A stretch of 64,000 bases of DNA from an uncultured Eubacteriales bacterium (GTDB lineage Bacteria > Bacillota > Clostridia > Lachnospirales > CAMVHY01), in NCBI GenBank assembly GCA_948543815.1, contig CAOVHW010000002.1, forward strand, positions 13,888-77,887. Direction: 5' to 3'. A model generated the notes under the pieces. The model made no database searches. It was not told the origin of the DNA and was given only the letters and a program-made list of their open reading frames with translations. This document shows, piece by piece, positions 1-8,737 of the stretch. Position 1 is the first letter of the stretch. Every line of letters starts with the position of its first letter. The translations under genes and the position numbers were made by a program.

Positions 1-861
1 ATTATATTCATCTGCATTCCAATCTCTTTTTGGAGTATGAGTAAGAATAATAACTTTATTTTTACCTGAAGTCTTTAGCAATTTTTTATATATTGCATTA
101 AAACGATTAGTTTCTTGTATATCTTTTTGCAAAGCTTCCTCTCCTGATAATTCATAAAAGCTTTTACCATAATTTATTTGTAAAGCATTAAATTCTTTAT
201 TTAGTCCACTAAAACCTATTCCACCTAAAATACTAACTGCACTATTTTGAACTTTCTCTCTTAACTTTGATTCACCCATTTTTAATATTTCTTCTTCATG
301 CAAAATTTTACACTTCCATCTATACTCTGTATCTTCCATATATAATAAATCATTATGTAAAAAATTTATACCTAAAATATCAAAAAATTTTCTGTACATT
401 CCTATATTTTTTTCCATCTCAATCCATGGATCAATTAACTCATGATTACCAGATACTACTACTATTTTTTCGGAATCCCAATGTTTTATTATTTCTTTAT
501 AAAATATACAATTAAATTCAAATCTAGAAGAAGTATCTCCTGCAATTAATAAATAACTGAATGGTAATGGCTTGGTCCCAATAGAATTAACCATTTCTCT
601 TGCTAAACATCTTATATAATGGCGTATTTCTTCTTTTGTTGCTTTTCCCTCACCAAACATATTGTAAACGCGATGTGTTAAATGAATATCACTAATATAA
701 AAAAATATAATATGTTCAATATCCCAACGTGCCTCTCCTTGTTCATCAATAGGTTTGGGATAATAAAATCTATCGGTTACTACAATTTCATTGTTTACGA
801 TAATTTCTTCAGTATTTATATGTTTTTTTATACCGGAATAATATTTCCCATCATATAATCC
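1..861 (-). CDS. calcineurin-like metallophosphoesterase domain ORF (no canonical start before motif I; 3' end runs off window)
   Basis: Own minus-strand translation, not in the ORF track: ...RWDIEHIIFFYISDIHLTH...YLLIAGDTSSRFE...IVVVSGNHELIDPW... These match the DxH, GD and GNHE motifs of metallophosphoesterases. The frame is open from 861 to position 1. The first ATG/GTG/TTG in frame is at 660, downstream of the DxH motif. Confidence 0.6.
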
Positions 862-1713
862 TTACAAATCTAATATGTCTGCTTTTATAATTGCACCTTC
901 AATATTATATTTTTTCAAATCAATTCCAGCAAAATCATACTCAAGTAACACGGCATCAAAAAGATTACCATTCAAGAAATTATAAAATTCATTGAAATCA
1001 TTAAATTCTTTTGTAATCTCATATGTTTTCTCATGCATAATATTTTCATTGAATAATGAAGAAACTTTGTCATATACTACTTTAATAGAAATTGCAAACA
1101 TTTTTCTCTCTGCAGCATAAAATTTCTTTACAACTTGTAATTTCCCCATTGACTTTTGATAAGCCAAAATATCATCAGATATTTTTATTTGCTCTGGCAT
1201 ATATTGCGCAATAGAAAAATCTTTTTTCATATATTCTATACATAATTTTCTTACATCCGGACGATTAGGCATATACTTAAACCAAGATGGATCGTAACTC
1301 ACAATTTTTTTTATCAAATCAATTTCTATTTTATCATTAAACAATTCACATATATTTTCATATGAAACATATGATAAATTTTTTACATCTTTTTTTACTG
1401 CATTCATACAAATTTCTGATGTTTTAAAATTTTCCGGTAATTTATTTAAAAATTTGGGATAAGCTTCAACTGCCAATTCACTCATTTTTTTAGTAATAAA
1501 TTGATTAGGAACGTATTGGAAAGCTTTTGCATTATTTTTTACAGCTATCAAACAAATATTAGAATTTAAACATTTTCTAGATGCAAATTTTAATGCTAAT
1601 GGATTTTGTTTAATAGCTATTTCACAAATTTCTGGTGTTTGCTCTTTTTTAGGAACTTTTTGCAACAACATACAATTTGTTTTTAATTCCTTTACTATAT
1701 CCATATCATTCAA
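862..1713 (-). CDS. DUF4116-like repeat protein with pentapeptide-like C-terminus
   Basis: Four roughly 30-aa repeats of the type A[IV]K.N..AL.[FY][AV][SP] (AIKQNPLALKFAS, AVKNNAKAFQYVP, AVEAYPKFLNKLP, AVKKDVKNLSYVS). The C-terminal stretch AVLLEYDFAGIDLKKYNIEGAIIKADILDL resembles the start of a pentapeptide repeat. Confidence 0.55.
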   Translation of the reverse strand: MNDMDIVKELKTNCMLLQKVPKKEQTPEICEIAIKQNPLALKFASRKCLNSNICLIAVKNNAKAFQYVPNQFITKKMSELAVEAYPKFLNKLPENFKTSEICMNAVKKDVKNLSYVSYENICELFNDKIEIDLIKKIVSYDPSWFKYMPNRPDVRKLCIEYMKKDFSIAQYMPEQIKISDDILAYQKSMGKLQVVKKFYAAERKMFAISIKVVYDKVSSLFNENIMHEKTYEITKEFNDFNEFYNFLNGNLFDAVLLEYDFAGIDLKKYNIEGAIIKADILDL

Positions 1714-1810
1714 ATCCTTTTTTGAATTTTATGGACTTATTATAATATTTTTTCTAAATCAATTCAATAGTTGCTAGTGATTTTTTCTGCATAATCATAA
1801 AGTATTCGAT

Positions 1811-2728
1811 TTAATTTTTTTGAAACGAAGAAATTTTAACATCCAACTCTTTTAACGTTTTCATTGCGTTTTCGAATAATAATTCATTGTACGTACCATC
1901 AAATATTTTTTTAAAATCATTGCACATACAATACAAACACATTTCCAACAAAATACTGTCAAAATTTTTATTCATGCAATATAAATTCAAATTATCGAGC
2001 GCAAAAACATCAGGACGTTTAATTTTAAAATCTGTAAAATTATCTTTTCGTCCACTTAAATCAAAATACAAAACTTTTTTACCTAATGCGTGTGCAAAAT
2101 CGCAATCCATTCCCGTATTTATTATTACGTCCGCATTTTTCAGATACAATTTATTATAATTCAAAATTTGTATATTCAAACCGACATCTTTAAAAATGTC
2201 GTGCTCTTTTTGCGTATAAATTTCTTTCGTACCTGTAATAATTGTCAAATAATTCACATGCGGATATATTGCATCAATAAGAATTTGTGTCAGTAAATAA
2301 TTTTTATCAAGAATAAAAATTTCGAGCTGTCCAAAGTTTTTGTCTGTAACATCAAAAAATTTTTTTATTACATCGATTGCCAAAAATGCGAACAAAAAAT
2401 TACCGTGTGCAATCGGTATATCTATTTCAATGTCCGTGCGCGGCAACCTTATAATTTTAATCTGTGGCAATGATTTTATAGCAAGGTTTAATGAATGTAA
2501 AAATTTTTTTTCATCGGTTTTTATTTTCTCAAGTGGTAGTTTAATCGAAAAACCATCTGCGAAATCAAAATTTAATTTCTCAATCAAAATTGGATTAAAT
2601 TTTTTGACATACCAATCCCATATGAAATCCGGCGCCTTACGCAAAATATTAAACCTAATGGGAATTTCAGCTTTATTTTCCACGTAATTAAAAATTGCGA
2701 ACTTGTCCAAAAAAAATCCCTCGCACAT
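1811..2728 (-). CDS. hypothetical protein (305 aa), possible Rossmann-like C-terminal half
   Basis: Long ORF co-directional with its neighbours. I recognise no diagnostic motif. The stretch NADVIINTGMD resembles a nucleotide-binding fold edge only weakly. Confidence 0.5.
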   Translation of the reverse strand: MCEGFFLDKFAIFNYVENKAEIPIRFNILRKAPDFIWDWYVKKFNPILIEKLNFDFADGFSIKLPLEKIKTDEKKFLHSLNLAIKSLPQIKIIRLPRTDIEIDIPIAHGNFLFAFLAIDVIKKFFDVTDKNFGQLEIFILDKNYLLTQILIDAIYPHVNYLTIITGTKEIYTQKEHDIFKDVGLNIQILNYNKLYLKNADVIINTGMDCDFAHALGKKVLYFDLSGRKDNFTDFKIKRPDVFALDNLNLYCMNKNFDSILLEMCLYCMCNDFKKIFDGTYNELLFENAMKTLKELDVKISSFQKN

Positions 2729-2772
2729 ATTTATCTGAAATAAATATATGAGCGCGGGATTGTGAACATTCT

Positions 2773-3507
2773 CTAATATGTAAATTTTTTTTGAACATCC
2801 TCATACGCTTTCGGCGTACCAATATCGTAGCATTCGCCAATTATTTTATATATATAAACATCTTGACGTTTATAAAGCCATTGCAAAAAAAATCCAGGTG
2901 CATCCGGAATATTTCCATCTTGCAAATATTTTTTTATGAGCGGTAAAGTTTGTTTGCGATAAATATAATTTGCATAGACAACAAGATTTGACTTCGGAAC
3001 CTGTGGTTTTTCCTCTAAATCAATTAATTTATTATTTCCATCCGTTAATGCAATAGCAAATTGATTTAACAAATTTTTATCATTAAACTCTTTTGCGCAC
3101 GCACAATCTTTTTGACACGCCATAGCAAATTCGTAATAATCTTTTAACTGAAATGTAAAGAAATTATCGCCAGCAATTATAATTAAATCGTCATTAATTT
3201 TCTCATGGTCAATAACGAATTGAATATCGCCAATCGCACCTTTTTTATCTCCATCTTGTGTCGTCCCATCATTTATAACTTTTACCGGAATTTGTGAATT
3301 AATTGAAATTTGCCAGTCAAAAAAATTTTGTGCGAACTTCGCATTCGTTACAACATAGATATAATCAACTGCCTCCAAATTATTAATTTGGTCAACAATG
3401 TAATTAATAATTGGCTTATTATTTATCGGTAATAAAGCTTTTGGCATATTTAATGTCAAAGGATATAAACGAGTTGCATAGCCTGCCGCTAAAATAATTG
3501 CTTTCAT
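2773..3507 (-). CDS. sugar-phosphate nucleotidyltransferase (NTP_transferase family)
   Basis: N-terminus MKAIILAAGYATRLYPLTLNMPKALLPI matches the G-x-G-T-R-L signature of glucose-1-P nucleotidyltransferases. An RBS precedes the ATG. Confidence 0.8.
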   Translation of the reverse strand: MKAIILAAGYATRLYPLTLNMPKALLPINNKPIINYIVDQINNLEAVDYIYVVTNAKFAQNFFDWQISINSQIPVKVINDGTTQDGDKKGAIGDIQFVIDHEKINDDLIIIAGDNFFTFQLKDYYEFAMACQKDCACAKEFNDKNLLNQFAIALTDGNNKLIDLEEKPQVPKSNLVVYANYIYRKQTLPLIKKYLQDGNIPDAPGFFLQWLYKRQDVYIYKIIGECYDIGTPKAYEDVQKKFTY

Positions 3508-3559
3508 AAAAAAAATCTCCTTTGTACGTTATTAGATAATTATAACATACAAAAGAGAA

Positions 3560-4222
3560 TTAATCCTGCATTTTTTGGTAAAGTTTTTTTAACGCTTTTT
3601 TTTCAATACGAGAGACATAGCTACGAGAAATACCTAAGAGTTCCGCAATTTCACGTTGAGTTTTCTCATAGCCATTTAGTAAACCGTAGCGCATAGCGAT
3701 AATTAATTTTTCACGTTCATGTAAAAAATTTTTGATTATCTGGTATACACGATGGCTCTCAAATTTTAGATTTATTTTCTCATCAATATTCTCACGTTCG
3801 TCAAAAAGTTTATCCTCTAAACTTACCTCATTCCCCTCATTATCAATACCTATTGGGCCCTGTAGTGAGACATCATTAAAATATTTTTTAGATGAACGGA
3901 TATGCATTAAGATTTCATTTTCGATACAACGAGCGGCATAAGTTGCAAGTCGTACTCCTTTGTCAACTTTATACGTATTAATTGCCTTAATCAAACCAAT
4001 AGTTCCAATAGAGATTAAATCCTCATTTTCTTTCCCATTATATTTTTTAACGATATGAGCAACAAGCCGTAAATTCCTCTCAATTAAAATATTTTTAGCA
4101 TCATGACTACCATTTTTGTACTCATTAAAATATTTTTGTTCTTCTTCAAGTGTTAAAGGCTTTGGAAAAGAATTATTCGTAACGTATGCGAACATAAATA
4201 TAAAATTTAATAATCCAAACAA
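3560..4222 (-). CDS. sigK: RNA polymerase sporulation sigma factor SigK (pro-sigma-K, uninterrupted)
   Basis: YVTNNSFPKPL...LIERNLRLVAHIVKKY...DLISIGTIGLIKAINTY...LATYAARCIENEILMHIR...DVSLQGPIGIDNEGNEVSL...ISRSYVSRIEKKAL closely parallels B. subtilis SigK, including the pro-sequence junction. The likely start is the TTG at 4222, 5 nt after GGGAGGTG. The ORF track's ATG at 4285 has no RBS. Confidence 0.85.
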   Translation of the reverse strand: MFGLLNFIFMFAYVTNNSFPKPLTLEEEQKYFNEYKNGSHDAKNILIERNLRLVAHIVKKYNGKENEDLISIGTIGLIKAINTYKVDKGVRLATYAARCIENEILMHIRSSKKYFNDVSLQGPIGIDNEGNEVSLEDKLFDERENIDEKINLKFESHRVYQIIKNFLHEREKLIIAMRYGLLNGYEKTQREIAELLGISRSYVSRIEKKALKKLYQKMQD

Positions 4223-4312
4223 AAAGACACCTCCCGCCCTACATAATTTAATATATGTAGGCCTAAGAGGTGCCGTGCAAGTCAATAATTTGTGTTACGC
4301 GTTTTTAATTTG

Positions 4313-6355
4313 TTAAATTTGTACAACTTCTGGTTGAGATTCAATTTGTGGAAAAATATTTTTTTCATCAAAATAATTTTTTAAATCTGAACCCAATTTA
4401 CTACCATTCGCTTCCATTATAATTTTTTGATAAATTTCACTCATATTCTTTTCTTCGCTTTTCTTTTGTTCAAACCAACTCACCATAAACGTTTCAACAA
4501 ATTCTTTAGTAAGCAACGATGCCATAATTAAACTAAAACCAGCAACCGAATTTAACAAATTCATTGCCCCAATAAATGTTCCATATAATTCAACAAAACT
4601 TTCTGTATCAGTTATTGTTTTACCTAAAATCTCAACAGTTGCACGAAATTCAGGATGTTGAATAAAATTATTTTTAAATTCTTCTTTGTTTAGTTCAGGT
4701 ACAAGACCGAAAACTTTTTTCTGATTTTCAGAAAGAACAAAAAAGTCTGCATCTTGAGCTAATTTTTCAAAATTTGTGACAAGCGTGTTGCTATTCTCGC
4801 CTCTATTTTTAACTATTAATTTCTTTCTGTTTGAATAAATCCAATCAAGAAATTCTTTTTGATTTGGAACCTTTTCCGTAACCTTTGCAAGTTTAGTAAA
4901 ACTTTCTTTGTTTAAATTCAAACATAAGCTTCTATTCCACCACCAACTTCTTGATGATAGCTCAAATAAAATAACTATTTCGTCTCCTTCTAGCTCTGGT
5001 CTTTTATCCATACGTACCATAACAGATGATCTATTAACTTCATCTTTCTTTAATGGAATATTTAATGCAGTATCGTCTCTAAAAAATTCTCCTTCCTTAA
5101 TTAAAGTAACTTTTGCTTTTGTTTCCCATGTAACATCACGATTGTAAAAAAGTCTTTGATTTTCGTTATAACATTCCAACAAAGCTTTAAAATTTTCATT
5201 TTTTTCTAATATAAAATTTAAAAATTCTTCATCTTCAAATGCTTTTTTGAAAAATCTTGAACGAAAAACATATTGATTCAAAAATGTTTTAATTTCTCCC
5301 TCATAATCATTTGTGATATTTTCTATGTAATTCATGAAATTAGTAAAAATAAAATTATTTTCATCTGTAAACTGAGACAAGTCTGCTTGATTAAATAAAT
5401 TTAAAGAATTTTGCTCCTTATTTCCCTCAGTTTTTAATTGAAATATTTTATTTATCACTATTTCTAAATTGTGTACTTTTTTTTCCATTTGCTGTTGCTT
5501 CCAAACTTTTCTTAAATCAAAAAAAGACTCACACATTTTTTTTGGAATAAAATTATCGCCATTTTTATAATAATAAACTTGACCATCTTCAGATAAACTG
5601 AATTTTTTTTCTGATGTAAGCACCGAATTTATTGCATCCAATATTTGCATCAAATAATTAAAATCAAGACCAATGTTACGAAGCACATTAGCAAAAAACT
5701 TATTATAATCATTTTTTAAATAAATAATTTTATTTAACAAAAGAGAAATTACTTTAAATTCATCGACATTATTAGTGTTTTCAATAAATATGTTTATAGA
5801 TTCCGTTGCATATTGTTCTAGATTATAAAAATAAGCCAAATTATTGTTTTGCCATTTTTTAAAAATGCACAAAACATCATTCAATAATCGAAAATTATGC
5901 ATTATTAAATATGCTTCGCTTGAGTTTAATTCATCAGTATATACATATCCATCATCTTTTTTGTTTTCTGGTCTTTGGCCTGCTTTTGCAAGGGCACCAG
6001 ATGCCCCACGAAATACATATTGAAGAAATGGAACTTCATCATAATGCTCAAAACATGCTGTCGTAAAAAAATTCGTACTAAATTTGCCTCTCCAAATGTA
6101 TTTTGCATACAAATCTCTAAACCTCAAATTATTATTTAGCTTTTTTTGCTCATCACGATTCAAAGCATTTTGCAATGCTTCAAAACCTTTTTTTTCAAAT
6201 GCTTCAATTACTTTCATATCATTGCTAAACGCATTTACATTATCTTCAGTTACAAACTTAAAGCTATCATAATTTTCGATTTCTATTTGTGCAATTAAAG
6301 TTAAAATATTATTTACAGCATTTTCATCGTTTTGAGTCACCGCAGGCTCACTCAC
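4313..6355 (-). CDS. large hypothetical protein, member 1 of the 'MSE' paralog family
   Basis: Shares motif blocks with 8738..11686 and 11814..14384: SSRSWWWNRS, EFLDWIYSNRKKL and DADFFVLSENQKKVFGLVPELNKEEFKNNF. The likely start is the GTG at 6355 (GAGGTGATTAATGTGAGTGAG), homologous to the ATG context of the other two. Confidence 0.7.
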   Translation of the reverse strand: MSEPAVTQNDENAVNNILTLIAQIEIENYDSFKFVTEDNVNAFSNDMKVIEAFEKKGFEALQNALNRDEQKKLNNNLRFRDLYAKYIWRGKFSTNFFTTACFEHYDEVPFLQYVFRGASGALAKAGQRPENKKDDGYVYTDELNSSEAYLIMHNFRLLNDVLCIFKKWQNNNLAYFYNLEQYATESINIFIENTNNVDEFKVISLLLNKIIYLKNDYNKFFANVLRNIGLDFNYLMQILDAINSVLTSEKKFSLSEDGQVYYYKNGDNFIPKKMCESFFDLRKVWKQQQMEKKVHNLEIVINKIFQLKTEGNKEQNSLNLFNQADLSQFTDENNFIFTNFMNYIENITNDYEGEIKTFLNQYVFRSRFFKKAFEDEEFLNFILEKNENFKALLECYNENQRLFYNRDVTWETKAKVTLIKEGEFFRDDTALNIPLKKDEVNRSSVMVRMDKRPELEGDEIVILFELSSRSWWWNRSLCLNLNKESFTKLAKVTEKVPNQKEFLDWIYSNRKKLIVKNRGENSNTLVTNFEKLAQDADFFVLSENQKKVFGLVPELNKEEFKNNFIQHPEFRATVEILGKTITDTESFVELYGTFIGAMNLLNSVAGFSLIMASLLTKEFVETFMVSWFEQKKSEEKNMSEIYQKIIMEANGSKLGSDLKNYFDEKNIFPQIESQPEVVQI

Positions 6356-6394
6356 ATTAATCACCTCATTTTCAAAATAAAACTCCCTGTTTAT

Positions 6395-6422
6395 ATTATA
6401 CGCGATACTGTAAAAATATCAA
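6395..6422 (-). promoter_or_regulatory. sigma-A-type promoter candidate for paralog 1
   Basis: Minus strand reads TTGATA, a 16-nt spacer, then TATAAT. It lies between the ackA stop (6443) and the paralog start (6355). Confidence 0.45.
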
Positions 6423-6442
6423 CAAAAATATGTAAATTTTGA

Positions 6443-7627
6443 TTATATAAGAGCAAGCGTTTCCTTGGCAATCATTAATTCTTCATTTGTCGGAACAACT
6501 AAAAGTTTCACGCGCGAATTATCGGCTGAAAAATCAATCTCTTGACCCTTACAATTATTTTTTTCTTTATCGATTTCAACGCCTAAATAATTTAGATATG
6601 AACAAATTTTTTCACGAGTAATCGGACTATTTTCACCTAATCCAGCAGTAAAAACAATTGCGTCAACACCGTTCATAGCAGCCGCATAACTTCCAATATA
6701 TTTTGCACAACGATAGTAAAAAATTTCTAGCGCAATTTTTGCCCGCTCATTACCATTTATTGCAGCGGCTTCGATATCGCGAAAGTCACTAGATATGCCG
6801 GAAATGCCAAAAACTCCCGACTTTTTATTTAATATATCATCGATTTGATTTATTGTCAAATTTTCTTCACACATCAAAAATTTTATAATAGCGGGATCGA
6901 TGTCGCCACATCTTGTCCCCATTGCCAAACCTTCAAGCGGTGTAAACCCCATCGAAGTATCGATACACTTGCCATTTTCGACTGCACAAATACTTGAGCC
7001 ATTACCGAGATGGCAAGTAATAATTTTCAAATTTGAGTTATCTAACATTTTTGTTGCACGCATCGAAACATATTGATGACTTGTGCCATGAAAACCATAG
7101 CGGCGAATCTGATAGCGCTCAAAATATTCATAAGGTAAGGCATAGAGGAAAGCTTTTGTCGACATTGTTTGATGAAAAGCGGTATCGAAAACCGCAACTT
7201 GTTTTGTCCACGGCATCAATTTTTCACACGCTTCAATCCCCATTAAATTTTGTGGATTATGCAACGGTCCAAGTATAAAACATTCACGTATAGCATTCTT
7301 TACCTCGCTGTCAACTATAACAGGCTTATTAAAAAATTTTCCGCCATGTAAAACTCGATGACCCACCGCATCTATCTCTGTAATATTTTGCAAAACGCCA
7401 TAATTTTCATCCAAAAGATTGTCCATAACAATTTGTACAGCGTCCAAATGATTTTGCAATGAAATTTCTTTTTCAAATGAATTGCCATCAAAAATTTTGT
7501 GAGTGACACGTGAATTATTAAGGCCGATTCGCTCACATAAACCTTTCGCTAAAACCTGTTCAGTATCCATATCAATTAACTGATATTTGAGCGACGAACT
7601 CCCACAATTCAAAACAAGAATTTTCAT
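6443..7627 (-). CDS. ackA: acetate kinase
   Basis: MKILVLNCGSSSLKYQLIDM... and the full-length family pattern. The start is taken at the internal ATG preceded by AAAGGAGCG. The 31-aa N-terminal extension in the track overlaps pta. Confidence 0.95.
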   Translation of the reverse strand: MKILVLNCGSSSLKYQLIDMDTEQVLAKGLCERIGLNNSRVTHKIFDGNSFEKEISLQNHLDAVQIVMDNLLDENYGVLQNITEIDAVGHRVLHGGKFFNKPVIVDSEVKNAIRECFILGPLHNPQNLMGIEACEKLMPWTKQVAVFDTAFHQTMSTKAFLYALPYEYFERYQIRRYGFHGTSHQYVSMRATKMLDNSNLKIITCHLGNGSSICAVENGKCIDTSMGFTPLEGLAMGTRCGDIDPAIIKFLMCEENLTINQIDDILNKKSGVFGISGISSDFRDIEAAAINGNERAKIALEIFYYRCAKYIGSYAAAMNGVDAIVFTAGLGENSPITREKICSYLNYLGVEIDKEKNNCKGQEIDFSADNSRVKLLVVPTNEELMIAKETLALI

Positions 7628-7640
7628 ACGAAACGCTCCT

Positions 7641-8627
7641 TTAATTTTTCTGTGCCTGAACGCAAGTAATTGCGACAACGCCAACAATATCTTCGGCACT
7701 ACAACCGCGCGACAAATCATTTACTGGTTTTGCAATACCTTGCGTAATTGGACCAAATGCTTGCGCGCCACTAAATCGCTGAACTAATTTGTAACCAATA
7801 TTTCCGGCATCCAAATCCGGAAAAATTAAAACGTTTGCTTTCCCAGCAACATCACTATCTTTAGATTTTATTTGTGCAACTGAATCAACAATTGCCGCAT
7901 CAAGCTGTAATTCGCCATCGATAAGAAAATCCGAATTACTTTCTTTAGCTAAATTTGTAGCTTCAATAACTTTGTCAACGTCAGAATGTTTTGCACTACC
8001 TTTCGTCGAATGTGAAAGCATTGCGACAATCGGTTCGCCCCCAATCAAATTTCTAAATGACTCAGCACTACTCTTAGCTATCTCAGAAAGTTCTAACGCT
8101 GACGGATTTTGATTTATAGCACAATCCGCAAAAATTAATGTGCCATCATAACCAAATTGAGTTGTCGGCGTAACCATGACAAAAATTGCCGACACCAACT
8201 TAGCCGACGGCGCCGTTTTTAAAATTTGTAAAGACGGCCGCAAAACATTTGCTGTTGAATTTATCGCACCGGCAACCATTCCATCAGCCACTCCATCTTT
8301 TACAAGCATAACAGAAAAATATAAAGAATCGTTAAGCAATATCTCGTGAGCTTTTTCTGGCGTCATACCTTTATTTTTTCTAAGTTCATAAAATTTATTT
8401 GACAAATCATTTAATAATTCATCATCTTTTTGCTCAATAAACTTTGCAGTTGATAAATTATAATCTAAAAAATTTTCTTGTTTGCCGATTAAAATTAAAT
8501 CCGCAATATTTTCCGCCAATATAATTTCGGCGGCCTTTAAAGTTCTGACATCAGATGTTTCAGGCAAAACAATAGTTTTTTTATTTTGCTTTGCCATCGA
8601 TTTCATTTTATCTAAAAAATTCATCGC
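7641..8627 (-). CDS. pta: phosphate acetyltransferase
   Basis: MNFLDKMKSMAKQNKKTIVLPE...AGKANVLIFPDLDAGNIGYKLVQR is the typical Pta C-terminal domain. GGAGGT precedes the ATG at 8627. The track's longer start overlaps a hairpin. Confidence 0.95.
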   Translation of the reverse strand, partial: AMNFLDKMKSMAKQNKKTIVLPETSDVRTLKAAEIILAENIADLILIGKQENFLDYNLSTAKFIEQKDDELLNDLSNKFYELRKNKGMTPEKAHEILLNDSLYFSVMLVKDGVADGMVAGAINSTANVLRPSLQILKTAPSAKLVSAIFVMVTPTTQFGYDGTLIFADCAINQNPSALELSEIAKSSAESFRNLIGGEPIVAMLSHSTKGSAKHSDVDKVIEATNLAKESNSDFLIDGELQLDAAIVDSVAQIKSKDSDVAGKANVLIFPDLDAGNIGYKLVQRFSGAQAFGPITQGIAKPVNDLSRGCSAEDIVGVVAITCVQAQKN

Positions 8628-8683
8628 TTTACCTCCAAAAAAATTTTCAAGGTAATTATATAAAAACAAGATATTGCGTGCAA

Positions 8684-8716
8684 ACAAAAAATCTGCCATA
8701 AATTTTGGCAGATTTC
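8684..8716 (-). terminator. rho-independent terminator candidate after the 982-aa paralog
   Basis: Minus strand has AAATCTGCCA, a loop, then TGGCAGATTT followed by TTTTTTG, immediately after the stop at 8738. Confidence 0.5.
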
Positions 8717-8737
8717 TATAACCTTTTGAATTTTTAT

